From: Podarcis muralis
Taxonomy: Eukaryota
Direction: 5' to 3'
NCBI RefSeq assembly: GCF_964188315.1
Contig: NC_135660.1
Span: forward strand, 36,208,001-36,272,000
DNA length: 64,000 nucleotides
Positions 24,986 to 38,985 of the stretch are shown here, piece by piece. The translations under genes were made by a program, and so were the position numbers. Position 1 is the stretch's first letter, and each line of letters starts with the position of its first letter. The notes beneath the pieces were generated by a model, which made no database searches, was not told where the DNA came from, and worked only from the letters and a program-made list of their open reading frames with translations.

Positions 24986-27900
24986 CCACTGTTGTTTGTT
25001 TACAAGATCTGGAAATAAATCAGTTTGTTTTACTTGTCCTAGCAATTCATTGGGAATTATATTTTCATATTTTGAGAGGGTTTTTAAACCTGCCCTTCAG
25101 TGCATACCGCATAAAAAATCCACCCATAAACTAAACATTGTGTTATATAAAAACACCACGTGAAAACCACATTATAACCTCTAAGCGGAACAGTAATAAT
25201 CAAAGCACAGACATTAATCAACTGCAGACCGAAGTTAAAATGTCTTAAGAGCTCCACCCAAAAAACAACAAAAATGGTACCATTTCCTCATGTGTGGTGC
25301 CATAATGAAAAAGGCCCTGCCCCTGCTATCTGTGAATTTCTCGAATCTTACCAAGAGGCCAAAAAGCAAGGCCTCAATGGATGTATCCTGATCACCACAT
25401 CAATAATTGATTCACAAGGTCAATATATCTTAAGGTGTTAGGATGCTCCCCTTACTATCTTGAAAGCCAGTGTGTTTAGAGTGTCAGACTAGGGCCCAGA
25501 AGACTGGGATTTAATACCCACTCAGCCATGAAGCTTACTGGGTGACCGTGAGCCAGTCTTCGCCTGGGTTGTTGCAAGGAGAAAACAGAGAAAAGGAAAA
25601 GCATGCACACCACCCTGAACTCCTTGGTAGAAAGGTGGGCTAAAAATGTAATAAAGCATCCATCTTGAGTTACTTTCAAATCATAGGTGCTGTTCCATAC
25701 TGTGAAGGCATCTCACAGTTTACTCCAAGGAAATTAGAGAGGTATTGATTACTCTGATCATCATGGGGCAAATCAGAGGTGAGGGGAAAATTCACAATAA
25801 TGGGAGTGGGTGGGTGTCTTTTCTTCACTTGGACTTATAAGATATCAACAAATTGAGTTTAAAGTAAGCTAACAGGACATTTTCTCTCCGCACTGGTAAT
25901 CGCTAAAGAAAAAAAAGTGAATGGCATTAGTGCCACAAGATGGTTTTGACAGCTTACAATTCCCAACTCCCCCCACACCCTGAGCACCTTCCATGAAAAT
26001 CATCATGACATGCAATAAATATCCCAGGACACATTTGGATATAATTTTTCATACTGCAGTTCTAGTTCTAGTCACCTGAGTCACATTTGCTGAATTTGCA
26101 GTACAAGCTATTCACCTCTAGCAGCTATGCTATGCCACATCACTGAACAATATTCCCATAGAAACGTGCTACAAGCAGACACTAGCAAGGCTATGCTTGC
26201 AATTGTCAGACATGGGTCTTTTACCAGGTGCTCGAATGCAAATCTGTTTGTCAGTCTTGCTTCCTCCCCCAAGTGCTTTCTGCCTTGTATAGCTAACTTA
26301 AAACACAATCCATACCTTTATGCAATTAAAGAGTACCATTTGTTGCCTCGCCCCACAAGTTCCAGAACTGTTATGTCCAGTGAGAAACTAAGCAAGTTTG
26401 TGGATCCGTGACGTCACAGGCATCAGCCAGTCAGCACCCAGTGCACACCCAGTTTCTCTGGGAAATTCAAAAGAACTGTTTCCCCCAGAACTCAACCCTA
26501 GAGAAAACCATACCACAGCATGTGAGTAATCCCCACAACTTAAGCAATATTTTGTTTGTATGCAGCCAGTGTTATAGGTAGCCAACTTCATAAAGAATAA
26601 AGGCCTTAAAGTCTTAATATGAATAAAATCGAAGAGCAGCCCTTCAGAATCAGCACTATACACACAAATTATCAAGCTGCAGGATATAATAATCAGCTGT
26701 GTAAAAGTTCACCATAGAAATATCTGGTGAGTCTACAATTTGGTGATTAAACTAAAGGTTTGAATTTTGACCTCACAGCAAGTAAGTACCACAAATTACC
26801 TTGATTTCCAATACTTCAGGGGCCAGTTTTCACCCTCTGGCATCCAGGGCCGCAGTAGCGATGTTTGCCCTGGATCTCCCACACCTGTACAAGCCACCTT
26901 TCAACTGTGTGTGGAAGGCTATTGTTATTGTTCATTATTATGGTATGCATTTTTGTGTTTTCATATTGTAAACCACCCTGTGATCTTCAGGTGAAGGGTG
27001 GTATAGAAACTGAAGTAATAATTTCCTGGAGCAGCACTACATTGGGCACCAAGGCAAAGGCCAACTCCCAGGCTACTGTGGTGGCCAAATATGCCTGAGG
27101 CAGCGCATCTTTGTAAGAGGTGATACATGACAGGCCACTTTACCTCAGACCGAAAGCTGGCTCAGCATGTTGAGTATAAAGCTAAAGTGTATCTGCTGCA
27201 CATACCTCTGAGAGAGGCAGGCTAGGAGTATTTTTGTCTGTGGGGTCAGACTTCCACCACCATCACTCCTCAGGAGAGTCATCATCCCCAACAGCCATAC
27301 AGTGCAAAAAAAGCTTTTGGAATATATACAGCAAAAGCATGTCCTATTGCCATCCATTTCTGAAGGTTGGAACCCTTTTCCCTTTTCTTTAGGGCTATCA
27401 TACTTCTTCCTTCCAGAAAAGACACAAACTTGCTAATAATCCATCTTCCTGCTTGGTTGCCTTTGTTATCAAGCCCTGCCAAGCATCCTGCTCTGGCACA
27501 ACACACCAACACACACTAAAAATCACATTTTTTTAATAAGAAATGGTCCAAAACCTGAGATGTCACAACCATCACAACCCTAAGAAATAGCTCTGTGCTG
27601 TGCATGCAAAGACTCAATTTTCAGAATCATTCCAAAAACCTGAGCCCCACTTCCCTTGCTAGGGCATATACATGGTTATATAAAAGTTTAGGATCTTACC
27701 CATCATTTTGATATTAATTCCTCTCTGAACAGTACATAGAACCAAGGAGTCACCTGCATGGAGGCGACTATAAATAAGATTGGGTGGGAGGAACTAAGAG
27801 TGTGAAATGAGGCTTGTTAGTGCTTTAATCAACCCTCACTTAATATTCCAATCAATAACAGTTCATTGCGAAGGTTCCCGATACTGGGAGGCACAGTCAA

Positions 27901-28260
27901 CTCAAATAGCCTAGTTGCTTTGGTCAGTGTTATCTAACGAGCTACAAACATTGTGCTACTTTCTACACATTGCTATACAGAGCAATCCTATACATGTCTA
28001 TTCAAAAGTGGGCCTCACTGAGTTCAATGTGGGCAAGTGGGTGTAGGACTACAGTCATAGCCATCTGGCAGTTAGCCAGTGGCCTGGATCAAACAGCAAC
28101 AATTCCTTCTAGGTGAATAAGATGGTTTGTCAGATAACCACTAAAGAGCACTTGGTGATACTTGAACATGCAAGCATGCAGGCTGGTAATAAAAGAGATC
28201 ACAGGCTATACATCTTGCTGCATAACTAAATGCAGCTTTGCAAATGCTAAAGGTCTAGGG

Positions 28261-28396
28261 CAGGCATCCCCAAACTCGGCCCTCCAGCTGTTTTGGGACT
28301 ACAATTCCCATCATCCATGACCATTGGTCCTGTTAGCTAGGGGTGATGGGAGTTGTAGTCCCAAAACAGCTGGAGGGTTGAGTTTGGGGATGCCTA
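28261..28396. mobile_element. hAT (Charlie-like) palindromic MITE
   Basis: TIR caggcatccccaaact, internal palindrome ggactacaattccc/gggagttgtagtcc, and 8-bp TSD gtctaggg/gtctaagg. Related degraded copies lie near 8.73, 30.2, 40.4, 55.8, 58.4 and 63.6 kb. Confidence 0.8.
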
Positions 28397-30636
28397 GTCT
28401 AAGGCAATCTTCCCCAACTTGATACTCGACTGGGCTATAATTCCCATTATCCCTGACAATTGTCCATGCTGGCCAGGACTGATAGAGGGTACCAGCTTGG
28501 GGAAAGCTGGTTGAAAACAAAACACAAACATGCTTGCAAAAAATCAACTCTGCAGGCTCATTCAGATCAGGGGAACAGGGAATCCACCTCGCTGTGTGTG
28601 ACTTAAACAAAAGGATGCTCAAAGTGAGCATTTCTAAGGGTATGTGCACACGCTTTGCACCACATCTATAGGGAAAGTGTGGAGTCTTTGTTCCTAGGTA
28701 GTGATGCATTTCACGCTATCTACTGGAGCAGGGGATAATGCCATACATCAGTAAAGAAGAACTTGTGGTCCTCCAGATATTACTGGACTACAACACTCAT
28801 CACTGGCCATGCTGGCAGCGGCTGATGGGAACTGGAGTCCAACAACACAGGTCACCAGTTCTCCACCCCATCATACATTAACCTGCCTCGGAGACCTGAC
28901 CAGGAGAGACCCATCTCTTTGTGCCTGATTCTTGCATCAGTTAAGAAAGCCTCAGGATGTCCTGCCAATATGTGGGTCAGCAAGCACTTCCCCTTCTAGA
29001 TGGCTGGCAGTGGGGGTGGTTCACAGGGAACTGTGCAATTCAAACTGCATTTTGAATGCATTGCGTAAAAACCACGTTGCAGAGAAGAGAAGCCAAATGA
29101 CCTTGGCACCAAACAGGCAGCAGCGTTTCAGACAATTGTGCTGGTTTTATATTATTGATCAAAAAAGAACTTTCAGCTGATCAATTTTTTCCATCTGTGA
29201 TTATTTCCCTGCCTCCCACTCCCAGTTTCACAGCACCATTACCTGTCCTCAGGGCAAAAAAAGGCTAGAGCAATTGGCTTTGGCTTTCTCCTCCCTTATC
29301 TGTCTTCTCTGACTGTTGCATCTGCCTGTTGCATTGTGCTTTGAGCTTCATGTCTGCTGCATGTTTATGGGCTTCCAAAGATTAAGCTTGAGATGGAGGC
29401 CCCTGAATATATCTGTTATCTTGCTATGAAGACCTTCAATGCCATCCATAGGCATATGCTCCTGAGTGAAAGGAGGAACCACATAGATTGGAAGGATCAA
29501 GGGACTAACTATTTGGTTCCTCTAGAACAGGAATGAGGGAAACACCAGGATTCCAACCCCTATCAGCCCAGCAGAGCCAATGGTCAGGATTGAAGAGAAC
29601 TAAACTCCAGCAGCATCTGGGGGGGACCACAGATTAGCCATCCCTGACCTAGAAAAATAGTCCATTTTTAAAAGAGAGTCTTTCCACCTTTATTGTTTTT
29701 TTAAAAAGAAATTTTGAACTAGCCGTTCTTCAGCACATTGCCTTCAAGAGGACATGGCAAGCAACTCAATGGGGTGGTTTTTACTGAGCTTGCTTCTGTG
29801 CTTTTTATCAGCAGCAGGAATCTAGCAGGCAAAGCTTATACTGACATAGAGATCAAGCTGCAGAGAAGGTTTCTTCACCTTCATACCAGCTGCTATTAAT
29901 GGCACAAGGAGCAAGCCCAGAAAAAAGGTATGGCAGCCTTACGAGGAATGTATTTGAAAGAAAGCCATCCTGCAATTGTCTGACTAGCTTGAAAGATTGC
30001 TTGAAGGAAAAGGTATACTGCACTGTCCCATTCATATCTTCTTTGAAAGATGGGAGAGACAAGAGAAAATCAAACTGGGAATGGCTTAGTGATTTTTTTC
30101 TTCTTCCATGAAGATAAACCAAGATGTTAAAATATGCATCTATTTAAATAAATCAGCATGAGTCAGCCTCTGCAAGTCTGGGGTCCTCCAGATTTTGTGA
30201 CTACAGCTCCCATCAGCCTCAGCCAGCAAAGTGCTGGGAAATAAAATCCAAAACATTTGGAAGGAGATAATATTGGCAGAAGGCCAGCACATGTATAGAA
30301 GGAGTGATCCTTCTCAATTCTCAAGAGATGCCAGGGACATTAGCTTGATTTGGAAGAGTAGGAAGTAGTGTGGCCATTTCTGCACTACAAATATAAGCCA
30401 GTTTCAAGTCTACTTAAGTGCCTCGTGACATATCATCAACTTGGGGGCTGCAAGGGGATTACAGCATGGTTTCAATGAGTTTAGGTAGATATTTATTCCA
30501 AGGAAAAATGTTACAACAGCATATTCATTAGAGATATGCACTAATGGAAAGAGCTCCTGATGTGGACACCTAACAAAGACACACAAATAGGAAGCAATGG
30601 TTTAAAAGCATTTGATCAAGAAGATGAACATTAGTG

Positions 30637-30772
30637 TAGTGTTTCCCAACCTTGGGCCTCCAGCTGTTTTTGGACTACAACTCCCATCATCCCTAGCTAG
30701 CAAGACCAGTGGTCAGGGATGATGGGAATTGTAGTTCAAAAACAGCTGGAGGCCCAAGGTTGGGAAACACTG
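30637..30772. mobile_element. hAT palindromic MITE
   Basis: TIR agtgtttcccaaccttgggcctccagctgtttt and its complement. Imperfect TSD containing ttagtg. Confidence 0.8.
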
Positions 30773-30989
30773 CTTAGTGTACTAAATTTTCAAAAGGGAA
30801 AGGTTCAATGGGATGGAGCTAAGAATGAATCGGCCTACCACACCACTTGCCTGATTAAGCCTCTGATCACTGTGTTTACAGAGATGAGTGCCCTTCCTTT
30901 TTTGTAGTAGACACTGCTTAGTTTCTTGAAAGAGTGGCAAGCTGTGGAACTCAAACTTTCTTGAAACCATGCCCTCTCAGGTAGAAAGT

Positions 30990-33165
30990 TAGCAGGTGCT
31001 GAAGAGGGTCCAGTTCAGAACCAGTCCCCCCCCCCCCGATGAAGACTGCAAAACTGATAAAAATTTAAATGGGGGAGGTGAAGAACTAAGTACTTTGAGG
31101 GCAGCTGCCTCAGATAGCAATTCAGGGGGGCCAAAGAACCACAGGTCAACACGAAAATGCCAAAGACATCTGAAGGGAGCTAAAGCTAGAAGTCTCTAAG
31201 CCAAGATGACGAACTGGGAATGCTTGGTTTTAGAGGATGGAATCAACATAGCGAGCATAACGGAAACATAGTGAAATGAAGAGAACCAAAACAAAAAAAT
31301 ATTCCTTCCAGTAGCACCTTAAAGACCAACTAAGTTAGTTCTCGGTATGAGCTTTCGTGTGCATGCACACTTCTTCAGATACCAGATATTGAAGTATTCT
31401 TCAGATACTGAAGAAGTGTGCATGCACACGAAAGCTCATACCAAGAACTAACTTAGTTGGTCTTTAAGGTGCTCCTGGAAGGAATATTTTTTTGTTTTGA
31501 CTATGGCAGACCAACACGGCTACCTATCTGTAACTGAAGAGAACCAGTGGGACATGGTTATCTCCAGCTATAGATGGTGTAGCTCTGTATGCCAAAAGGG
31601 GCAGATTCCTACACAGAGTCATTGTGGGTGGTGATACAGGACCCTGAAAGTAATTTAGTACTGGTATGTGCTTTCATCCCCCTGATCAAAATGCTCAGGG
31701 AGATATTGAAATGGTATCAAGGAAGTATCCAAAAGAGGGAATGTTGTAGTTATGGGTGACTTCAACTACCCTCACATAGATAGTTTACATATGTGTTCCA
31801 CTCATGAGAAAGAGATAACATTTCTAGAAACCCTAAATGATTGTGTCCTAGAACAATTGGTCACAGAACCAACCAGAGGGGCAATGACCCTGGACCAAAT
31901 CTTGAGTGGCCCCAGGGCCTGATGTGAGATAATAAGAGTTATTGAGCCAGTTGGGAGCAGTGTCCATAGTGCTATTAAACTAAACATACATGCCAAGGAA
32001 ATCCAACATGGTCACATTTGACTTCAGAACAGGAAACATCCCCCAATGAGGGGACAGGTAAGGAAGCTGAAAGGCAAAGTCAAGACGGTCAAATTACTTC
32101 AAAATGTTTGGGAGTTGTTTAACACAGTATTGGAAGCTCAGTTAGAGTGTATGCTGCAGATCAGGAAATATACCATGTGTTAGGAACTGCGGGGCAGATA
32201 GTAGTGATTAGAGGGGAAGTCTAGGCCTAAGACAAAATAGAAACTGACAAGTCGCCAAGTCCGGATGGCACCTGAGAGTTCCCAAAGAGCTCAAAACTTC
32301 TAACAACAAAAAAAAAGGAGCTGTCCTTCAATCAGTCTTCATACCCCCAAACTGGAAAGTACCCAACGTAACACCACTTTTCAAAAAGAGATCTGGGAGC
32401 CTCCTGGAAATTACAGGCCTATTAGCTTAATGTCTGTCCCAGGTAAAATGGAGAAAGTATAGAAGAACAAGCCTTGCTGAAGTACAGCAAGCATGGCTTC
32501 TGCAAGTGTAAGTCCTATCACAAGAACCTCTTGAAGTTCTTTGAGAGTGTCAACCAGCATATTGATCGAGGTGATCTAGTTGACATAGTTCACTTGGACT
32601 TTCTAAAAGCTTTTGACAAGATACCGCTCCAAATACTTCTGAGTGAGACTTCTATGAGGAAAAGGTTGCAATGTTTGGGACTTTTTGGTTTAGAGAAAAG
32701 GCAAGCATAAAAGAAGATCTGATAGAAGTTCTCTCTGTGCGCTGTATGGTGAAAGTGGATAGAAAAATGTTTTTCTCCTCTCATAATACTAGAACCCTTG
32801 GACATCCAATGAAGCTGAATGCTGGAAAATTCAAGACAGAGAAGAGAAAGCATTCCTTCACTCAGAGCATTGTTAAACTATGGAACTCACACCCACAGGA
32901 GGCACTGATAGCTACCAAACTGTATGGCTTTAGAAAAGGATTACACAAATTATTGGAAGAGGAGGCTATCAATAGCTACTCGCCACAATGGCTATGTGGT
33001 ACCTCCACTGTGAGAGGCAGTATGCCTCTGAAAAACATTTACTAGGTATTCCAGTTGCTACCACAGGTGAATGAGTGCTATGGTGCCCATGCACTGATTG
33101 GGGGCTTCCCGCAGCCACCTGGGTGACTGGCCTAGTTCAGCAAGCTCTTCATACATCTTAAAGCT
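30990..33165 (+). mobile_element. Degenerate, internally deleted CR1 LINE
   Basis: APE-domain remnants (MGDFNYP; EPTRGAMTLDQILS), RT remnants (NYRPISLMSVPGK; QHGF...VDIVHLDFLKAFDKIP), C-terminal MKLNAGKFKTEKRK...VKLWNS and a 3' UTR. Multiple stops and frameshifts. Confidence 0.88.
31287..31536 (+). mobile_element. Second fold-back Penelope-type insertion of the same family, nested in a CR1
   Basis: 92-bp arms (31287-31378 and 31408-31499, 2 mismatches) and the same 3' tail as the 48-kb copy. Direct repeat tgaagagaacca at 31277-31288 and 31535-31546. Interrupts the CR1 endonuclease coding sequence. Confidence 0.85.
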
Positions 33166-34235
33166 TGCTCCCCAAACATAGGGTCATGTATGTGGCTACC
33201 CAGCAGCGGGAGAGGAGTTGGGGAGGCACATCAGGTTCATAGGCAATATGTCATTTGCCAGGAGGGCAAATAGCGGGAGGGGCCTTCTGATGCTCTTCCC
33301 AGAAGCACCTAGTCTACCCTATGGGAAGTGAGATGCCTGAACAGGTGGATCTTTGATGTGATGAAGAGCAGGGCTGTATATGTTCAGAGGCCCTCTAAGA
33401 TTTCACACATTCCAGAGGTGAAATTCAGATTCTGAATTGGGCAAAGGGAGAGAGGAGGAGTAGAACGTTCATTGCGAACTGCTATATCCTTTTTTTATTG
33501 TAAGCTATAATATTGTAAGAGACTTAAAGTCGAGTCCATGAAATGCCTAGGAAAGTAAAGCAAAACAGATCCTGGAGGCTGAGGTTTCAGCCCTGGGGCA
33601 GCTGCCCCTCTGGGGTTGCAAATTGGACCAGGCAGATGGATCACACATGCAGAAGGGGTTCTGGCCACTCTCCTCCCATCTCAGCTAGCTGGGGACCTCT
33701 GGGCCAGTGAAGGGATGGGGGCCAGAAATGGAAAGCTAGGAGAGAGCATCTCCAGGTGATGCTGGCTATTGGCTTTGCCTTCAGAGCCTGGGCAGGTATC
33801 TATCTAGCCACTGGGTTTTAATAGGGAGGAAGGGGGGGAGGGGAAGACTCTTGGCCAGCAGCAGGGTGTGTCCCGGGCCTCGCTTCTTTATTTGCGCAAA
33901 TCCTTCCGGGGGGGGGGGGGCAGAAAAAATTCGCCTCGTTAGGAATTTGCCTGTTTGCACGGTGAGCAGGGAGAGAGAAGAGATGACATCTTCAGATAGC
34001 CCTGGGCTGGCTACTTCGACACCCCCCTCCCAATTCCCCATCATTTTCCAAAGGTGGTGGCCCCCCCCCGTCGAAAAAAGGACACATTATCGTCTCCTTG
34101 TATCTCTAACAAGGGCGGGGGAAGAGACTCGGTTCTCCAAAAAGGCATCCACATCATGCGATCTAAAGCTGCTCCAGCGCCACTTTGATCTTCCCGTTTT
34201 CTCCTCCTATACCGCAGGCAGCAATTCCTGGGCTA

Positions 34236-35250
<1,015 letters not shown>

Positions 35251-35808
35251 CACCGGCACCTGCTGGGGCTGAGCAGGTGGGAAGGAAGCCACAAGTGTGT
35301 CTCTGTGGGGGGGGGGGTGCAAGCAATTGGGCTGAGACGGATGATGAGATCATCCCCTTGCAATCCACGTCCATTAATCCGGAATTGCAACCTCCCGCTA
35401 GTTTTGCTGCGCTTTGATTCCTACAAATCCTTGGCAGGGATTCCGGCCACTCTTAAGGGGGCTTTAGACGGCTGCCTTTCTTGAAAGGAAGGACCTTCGC
35501 TCAGGGGCGACCCAGCACCTGCTTTGCATGCAGATGATCCCTGCTTCAATCCCTGGCGTCTGCAGGCAGAGGTTGGGAATCCTGGAGAGCTGCTGCCAGT
35601 CAGAGCCACGCAAGGGTGCCCAACAGGGTGTCCCCCAGATGTTGCCCAAAATCCTATCAGCCAATGGTGAGGAATGATGGGACCAGTAGTCTGGCAAGGT
35701 CTGGAGGGCAGCTGGTGCAGATCAGGTATCGTCAAACTTTTCAGACCCAGCACCCACTTTCAACCCAAACATGCATTTCTTAATATTTTACTGTATATTA
35801 GCATGGTA

Positions 35809-36306
35809 TATTGGCTCCTGCCAACCTAGCAGTTCGAAAGCATGTCAAAGTGCAAGTAGATAAATAGGTACCGCTCCGGCGGGAAGGTAAACAGCATTTC
35901 CGTGCGCTGCTCTGGTTCGCCAGAAGCGGCTTAGTCATGCTGGCCACATGACCCGGAAGCTGTACACCGGCTCCCTCGGCCAATAAAGCGAGATGAGTGC
36001 CGCAACCCCAGAAGAAGAGAAGAAGTGTTTGGATTTGATATCCCGCTTTATCACTACCCGAAGGAGTCTCAAAGCGGCTAACATTCTCCTTTCCCTTCCT
36101 CCTCCACAACAAACACTCTGTGAGGTGAGTGAGGCTGAGATACTTCAGAGAAGTGTGACTACCCCAAGGTCACCCAGCAGCTGCATGTGGAGGAGCGGGG
36201 AAGCGAACCCTGTTCCCCAGATTACAAGTCTACCGCTCTTAACCACTACACCACACTGGCTCTCTGTGACTGGACCTAATGGTCAGGGGTCCATTTACCT
36301 TTACCT
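35809..36306 (+). mobile_element. 5'-truncated Sauria SINE (type A) interrupted by an L2-tailed SINE
   Basis: SINE body 35814-36010 resumes at 36263 and ends tttacctttacc. 11-bp TSD ttagcatggta (35798-35808 and 36307-36317). Confidence 0.85.
36011..36262 (-). mobile_element. tRNA-headed, L2-tailed SINE nested in a Sauria SINE
   Basis: Same family as 19124-19415 and antisense to its host SINE. Confidence 0.85.
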
Positions 36307-36723
36307 TTAGCATGGTAGGAGTGCTCCTGTTGTGACCCACCAGGGACCAGACCCACTACCCCATGGTCGCCTTTCACTGGGCGTCCTTTATCTTACCTTT
36401 ACCTGACCCACCAGCTGAAGACCAAAAGGTAATACTGATCTAGATAGACCAATGGTCTGGTTATTTATAAGGCCACTAAGTAATGTTTCTAACCATCTTC
36501 TGTGTTGACAGGGCAGGGTGGACAAAGAACTACATACTGCATTTTACCCCTTTGGTGTCTTCATTTCTGGCATGCCATCAGGGCCCAAGATCTACATCCT
36601 CATGGAAGGGGCAGAGAGGTAGTGGGAGGACCTTGAATGAAAGACAGGAAAGTGGAGATCTCTCAGGGTGAGAGGCTGGAACCACCCTGAGACCTCCAGG
36701 TATAGAGTATATATAAATTCAAT

Positions 36724-36830
36724 TTTGACCAAACTGCGGGAGGCAGTGGAAGACAGGAGTGCCTGGCGTGCTCTGGTCAGTGGGGTCACGAAGAGTCGGA
36801 CACGACTAAATGATTAAACAACAACAACAA
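36724..36830 (+). mobile_element. Bov-B/RTE LINE 3' end
   Basis: gggaggcagtggaagacaggagtgcctggcgtgctctggtc...gaagagtcggacacgact with a (CAA)n tail. 11-bp TSD ataaattcaat (36713-36723 and 36831-36841). Confidence 0.88.
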
Positions 36831-37068
36831 ATAAATTCAATAAATAATTAAAAATAAAAATAAAAAAGAGGAAAGGAAAGCTGAGAGCTGGGAGGGAAGG
36901 AACTAGGGGTGGAATTATGAGCTAATTCTGTACAGAGTTTAGACACTTGTGCACTATTTCTGCCCTTTTGATATCCTGCTGCTGATTTTCCTCTCCCTCA
37001 TTTTCCTCAAGGCTGTTTTTGTTAGATAGGTAGTGCATTTTATAGCTGTACCCACCCAATGTAAGTCT

Positions 37069-37430
37069 GGGACGCGGGTGGCGCTGTGGGTAAAACCTCA
37101 GCGCCTAGGGCTTGCCGATCGAAAGGTCGGCGGTTTGAATCCTCGCGGCGGGGTGCGCTCCCGTCGTTCGGTCCCAGTGCCTGCCAACCTAGCAGTTCGA
37201 AAGCACCTCCGGGTGCAAGTAGATAAATAGGGACCGCTTTATAGCGGGAAGGTAAACGGTGTTCCGTGTGCCGCGCTGGCTCGCCAGATGCAGCTTGTCA
37301 CGCTGGCCACGTGACCCGGAAGTGTCTGTGGACAGCGCTGGCTCCCGGCCTATAGAGTGGGATGAGCGCACAACCCTAGAGTCTGGCAAGACTGGCCCGT
37401 ACGGGCAGGGGTACCTTTACCTTTACCTTT
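37069..37430 (+). mobile_element. Sauria SINE (tail type B)
   Basis: Full length from gggacgcgggtggcgc to (ACCTTT)n. 11-bp TSD aatgtaagtct. Confidence 0.92.
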
Positions 37431-38852
37431 AATGTAAGTCTATTATGAGACTGCATTTTGCAGGGGTTGTGGAGTTCATTGCCTGAATGAAATGGTGTAT
37501 AATTTGTCATTGCTGCTTGGCATGGCTTCATTATGTATTGCTTATGATTATGAACTGTATTTATATAATTTTGGTATTATATTGTATTTACTTAATATAT
37601 TTATATCCTGCCTTTTCCCCAAGTTGGGATTCGAGGTGGCTTGCAATCCTTAAAAACATCAATTATAAAATCCCAAACAGGTTAAAAATAATAATCATGG
37701 CTGGGCAAGGACTTCTTGTGAACTGATTTGGCAATGCAATGAGATATCCTGGCTGGTGGGCACAGTAGCAGAATGACCAGGTACCCCAAAATCGCAGAAA
37801 GAGAAAGGGCTGGCTAACAGACATCTGTCCATCTTCTATTATAATTCCCTACTCACTCTATACTATATTTCCCTTGTCCTGTAACCGCCAGAATTATTCT
37901 TTTCTTCCCACGCAATACTAGCAACCCCCAATCACAGAATCCAACAATAAGTGAATCCACACTCACTCACCCACTAGTCCTGTAACGGTTCATTCTAGGA
38001 TAGAAGCCTCTCGAACCTTGGTTGCCTTCCCCTAATTTAAGCATAAGAAGATATATTAGAAGTCACATATACCCTTCCTAAAGGAATGCCTCTCTCTCGC
38101 CAAGGATTGTCCATCAGTCAAACACAACCCAATAAAAGCAAAATAAAATAAATAGTAAAGGGGTGGCAGCATTCTCATAACCCCAGAAGAGCACCCCAAA
38201 AGGTGTCACCCAATAAGCCACAGGTGTTTCCTGTCCCCCCTTCTTAGGATTCTGCCAGGACTTAGGAAAGCAAAGGCTGTAAGGTTGCCAGGAAAAGGGT
38301 AGGATGGGGAACTCAAAGCTGCTTCCCATCTCCTGCACACCTTACAGCAGCAACCAGTAAGTGTCTTCATGGGATATCTCATCCTTACAAAGAATCCTGG
38401 TTGCATGCACCATTTTCCTTTGAATAATGATATCGTTGTTTATTCTACATCTCCTGGTGAAACTTGGGCAACAGATTAAGATAAAACATTATTCTGGATC
38501 ATGCACAATTCATTCATTTGGTTTTAGGCTCACTGTCAGGCCGGACTGGGGAACCTGCAGCCTTCCAGATGCTGTTTTTGCACTTTGATTCTCGTCAGCC
38601 CTGCCCATTGGCCACATTGCCCAGGACTGACCGAGCCTGGAGTGCAACAGTGTTTGGCCACACAGTTTCCCCACTTGAAGAGAAAGCTAAATGGGCTTGT
38701 CTATGCTGCTTGAAGATCCCTAAGGGCTCTGGCATCATAGGGAAAGCACAAATATATGCTTTCTTTGTTTGTTTCCTGCAGGCTCCAGAAAGAAATATAC
38801 TTTAAAAACAATAACACAATGATAGATTGTAAAGGAAAGTGCATATTTTAGG

Positions 38853-38985
38853 TAAGGTTACCAGATGTCCCCGTTTCCCAGGGAAGTCCCCGGATTTACA
38901 AATCCGTCCCCTGACAAAATCCATCTATTTAGTAGGAAGTTGAAAAGTGTCCCCGGATTCATTGGAAAAAAATCTGGTAACCTTA
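38853..38985. mobile_element. hAT MITE (133 bp)
   Basis: Perfect 14-bp TIRs taaggttaccagat and a perfect 8-bp TSD attttagg. Confidence 0.9.

Noticed and set aside
26409-26416. Perfect CRE (TGACGTCA) in RAB6B intron 1
   Set aside because: An isolated 8-mer is expected about once per 65 kb, and no conservation data are available.
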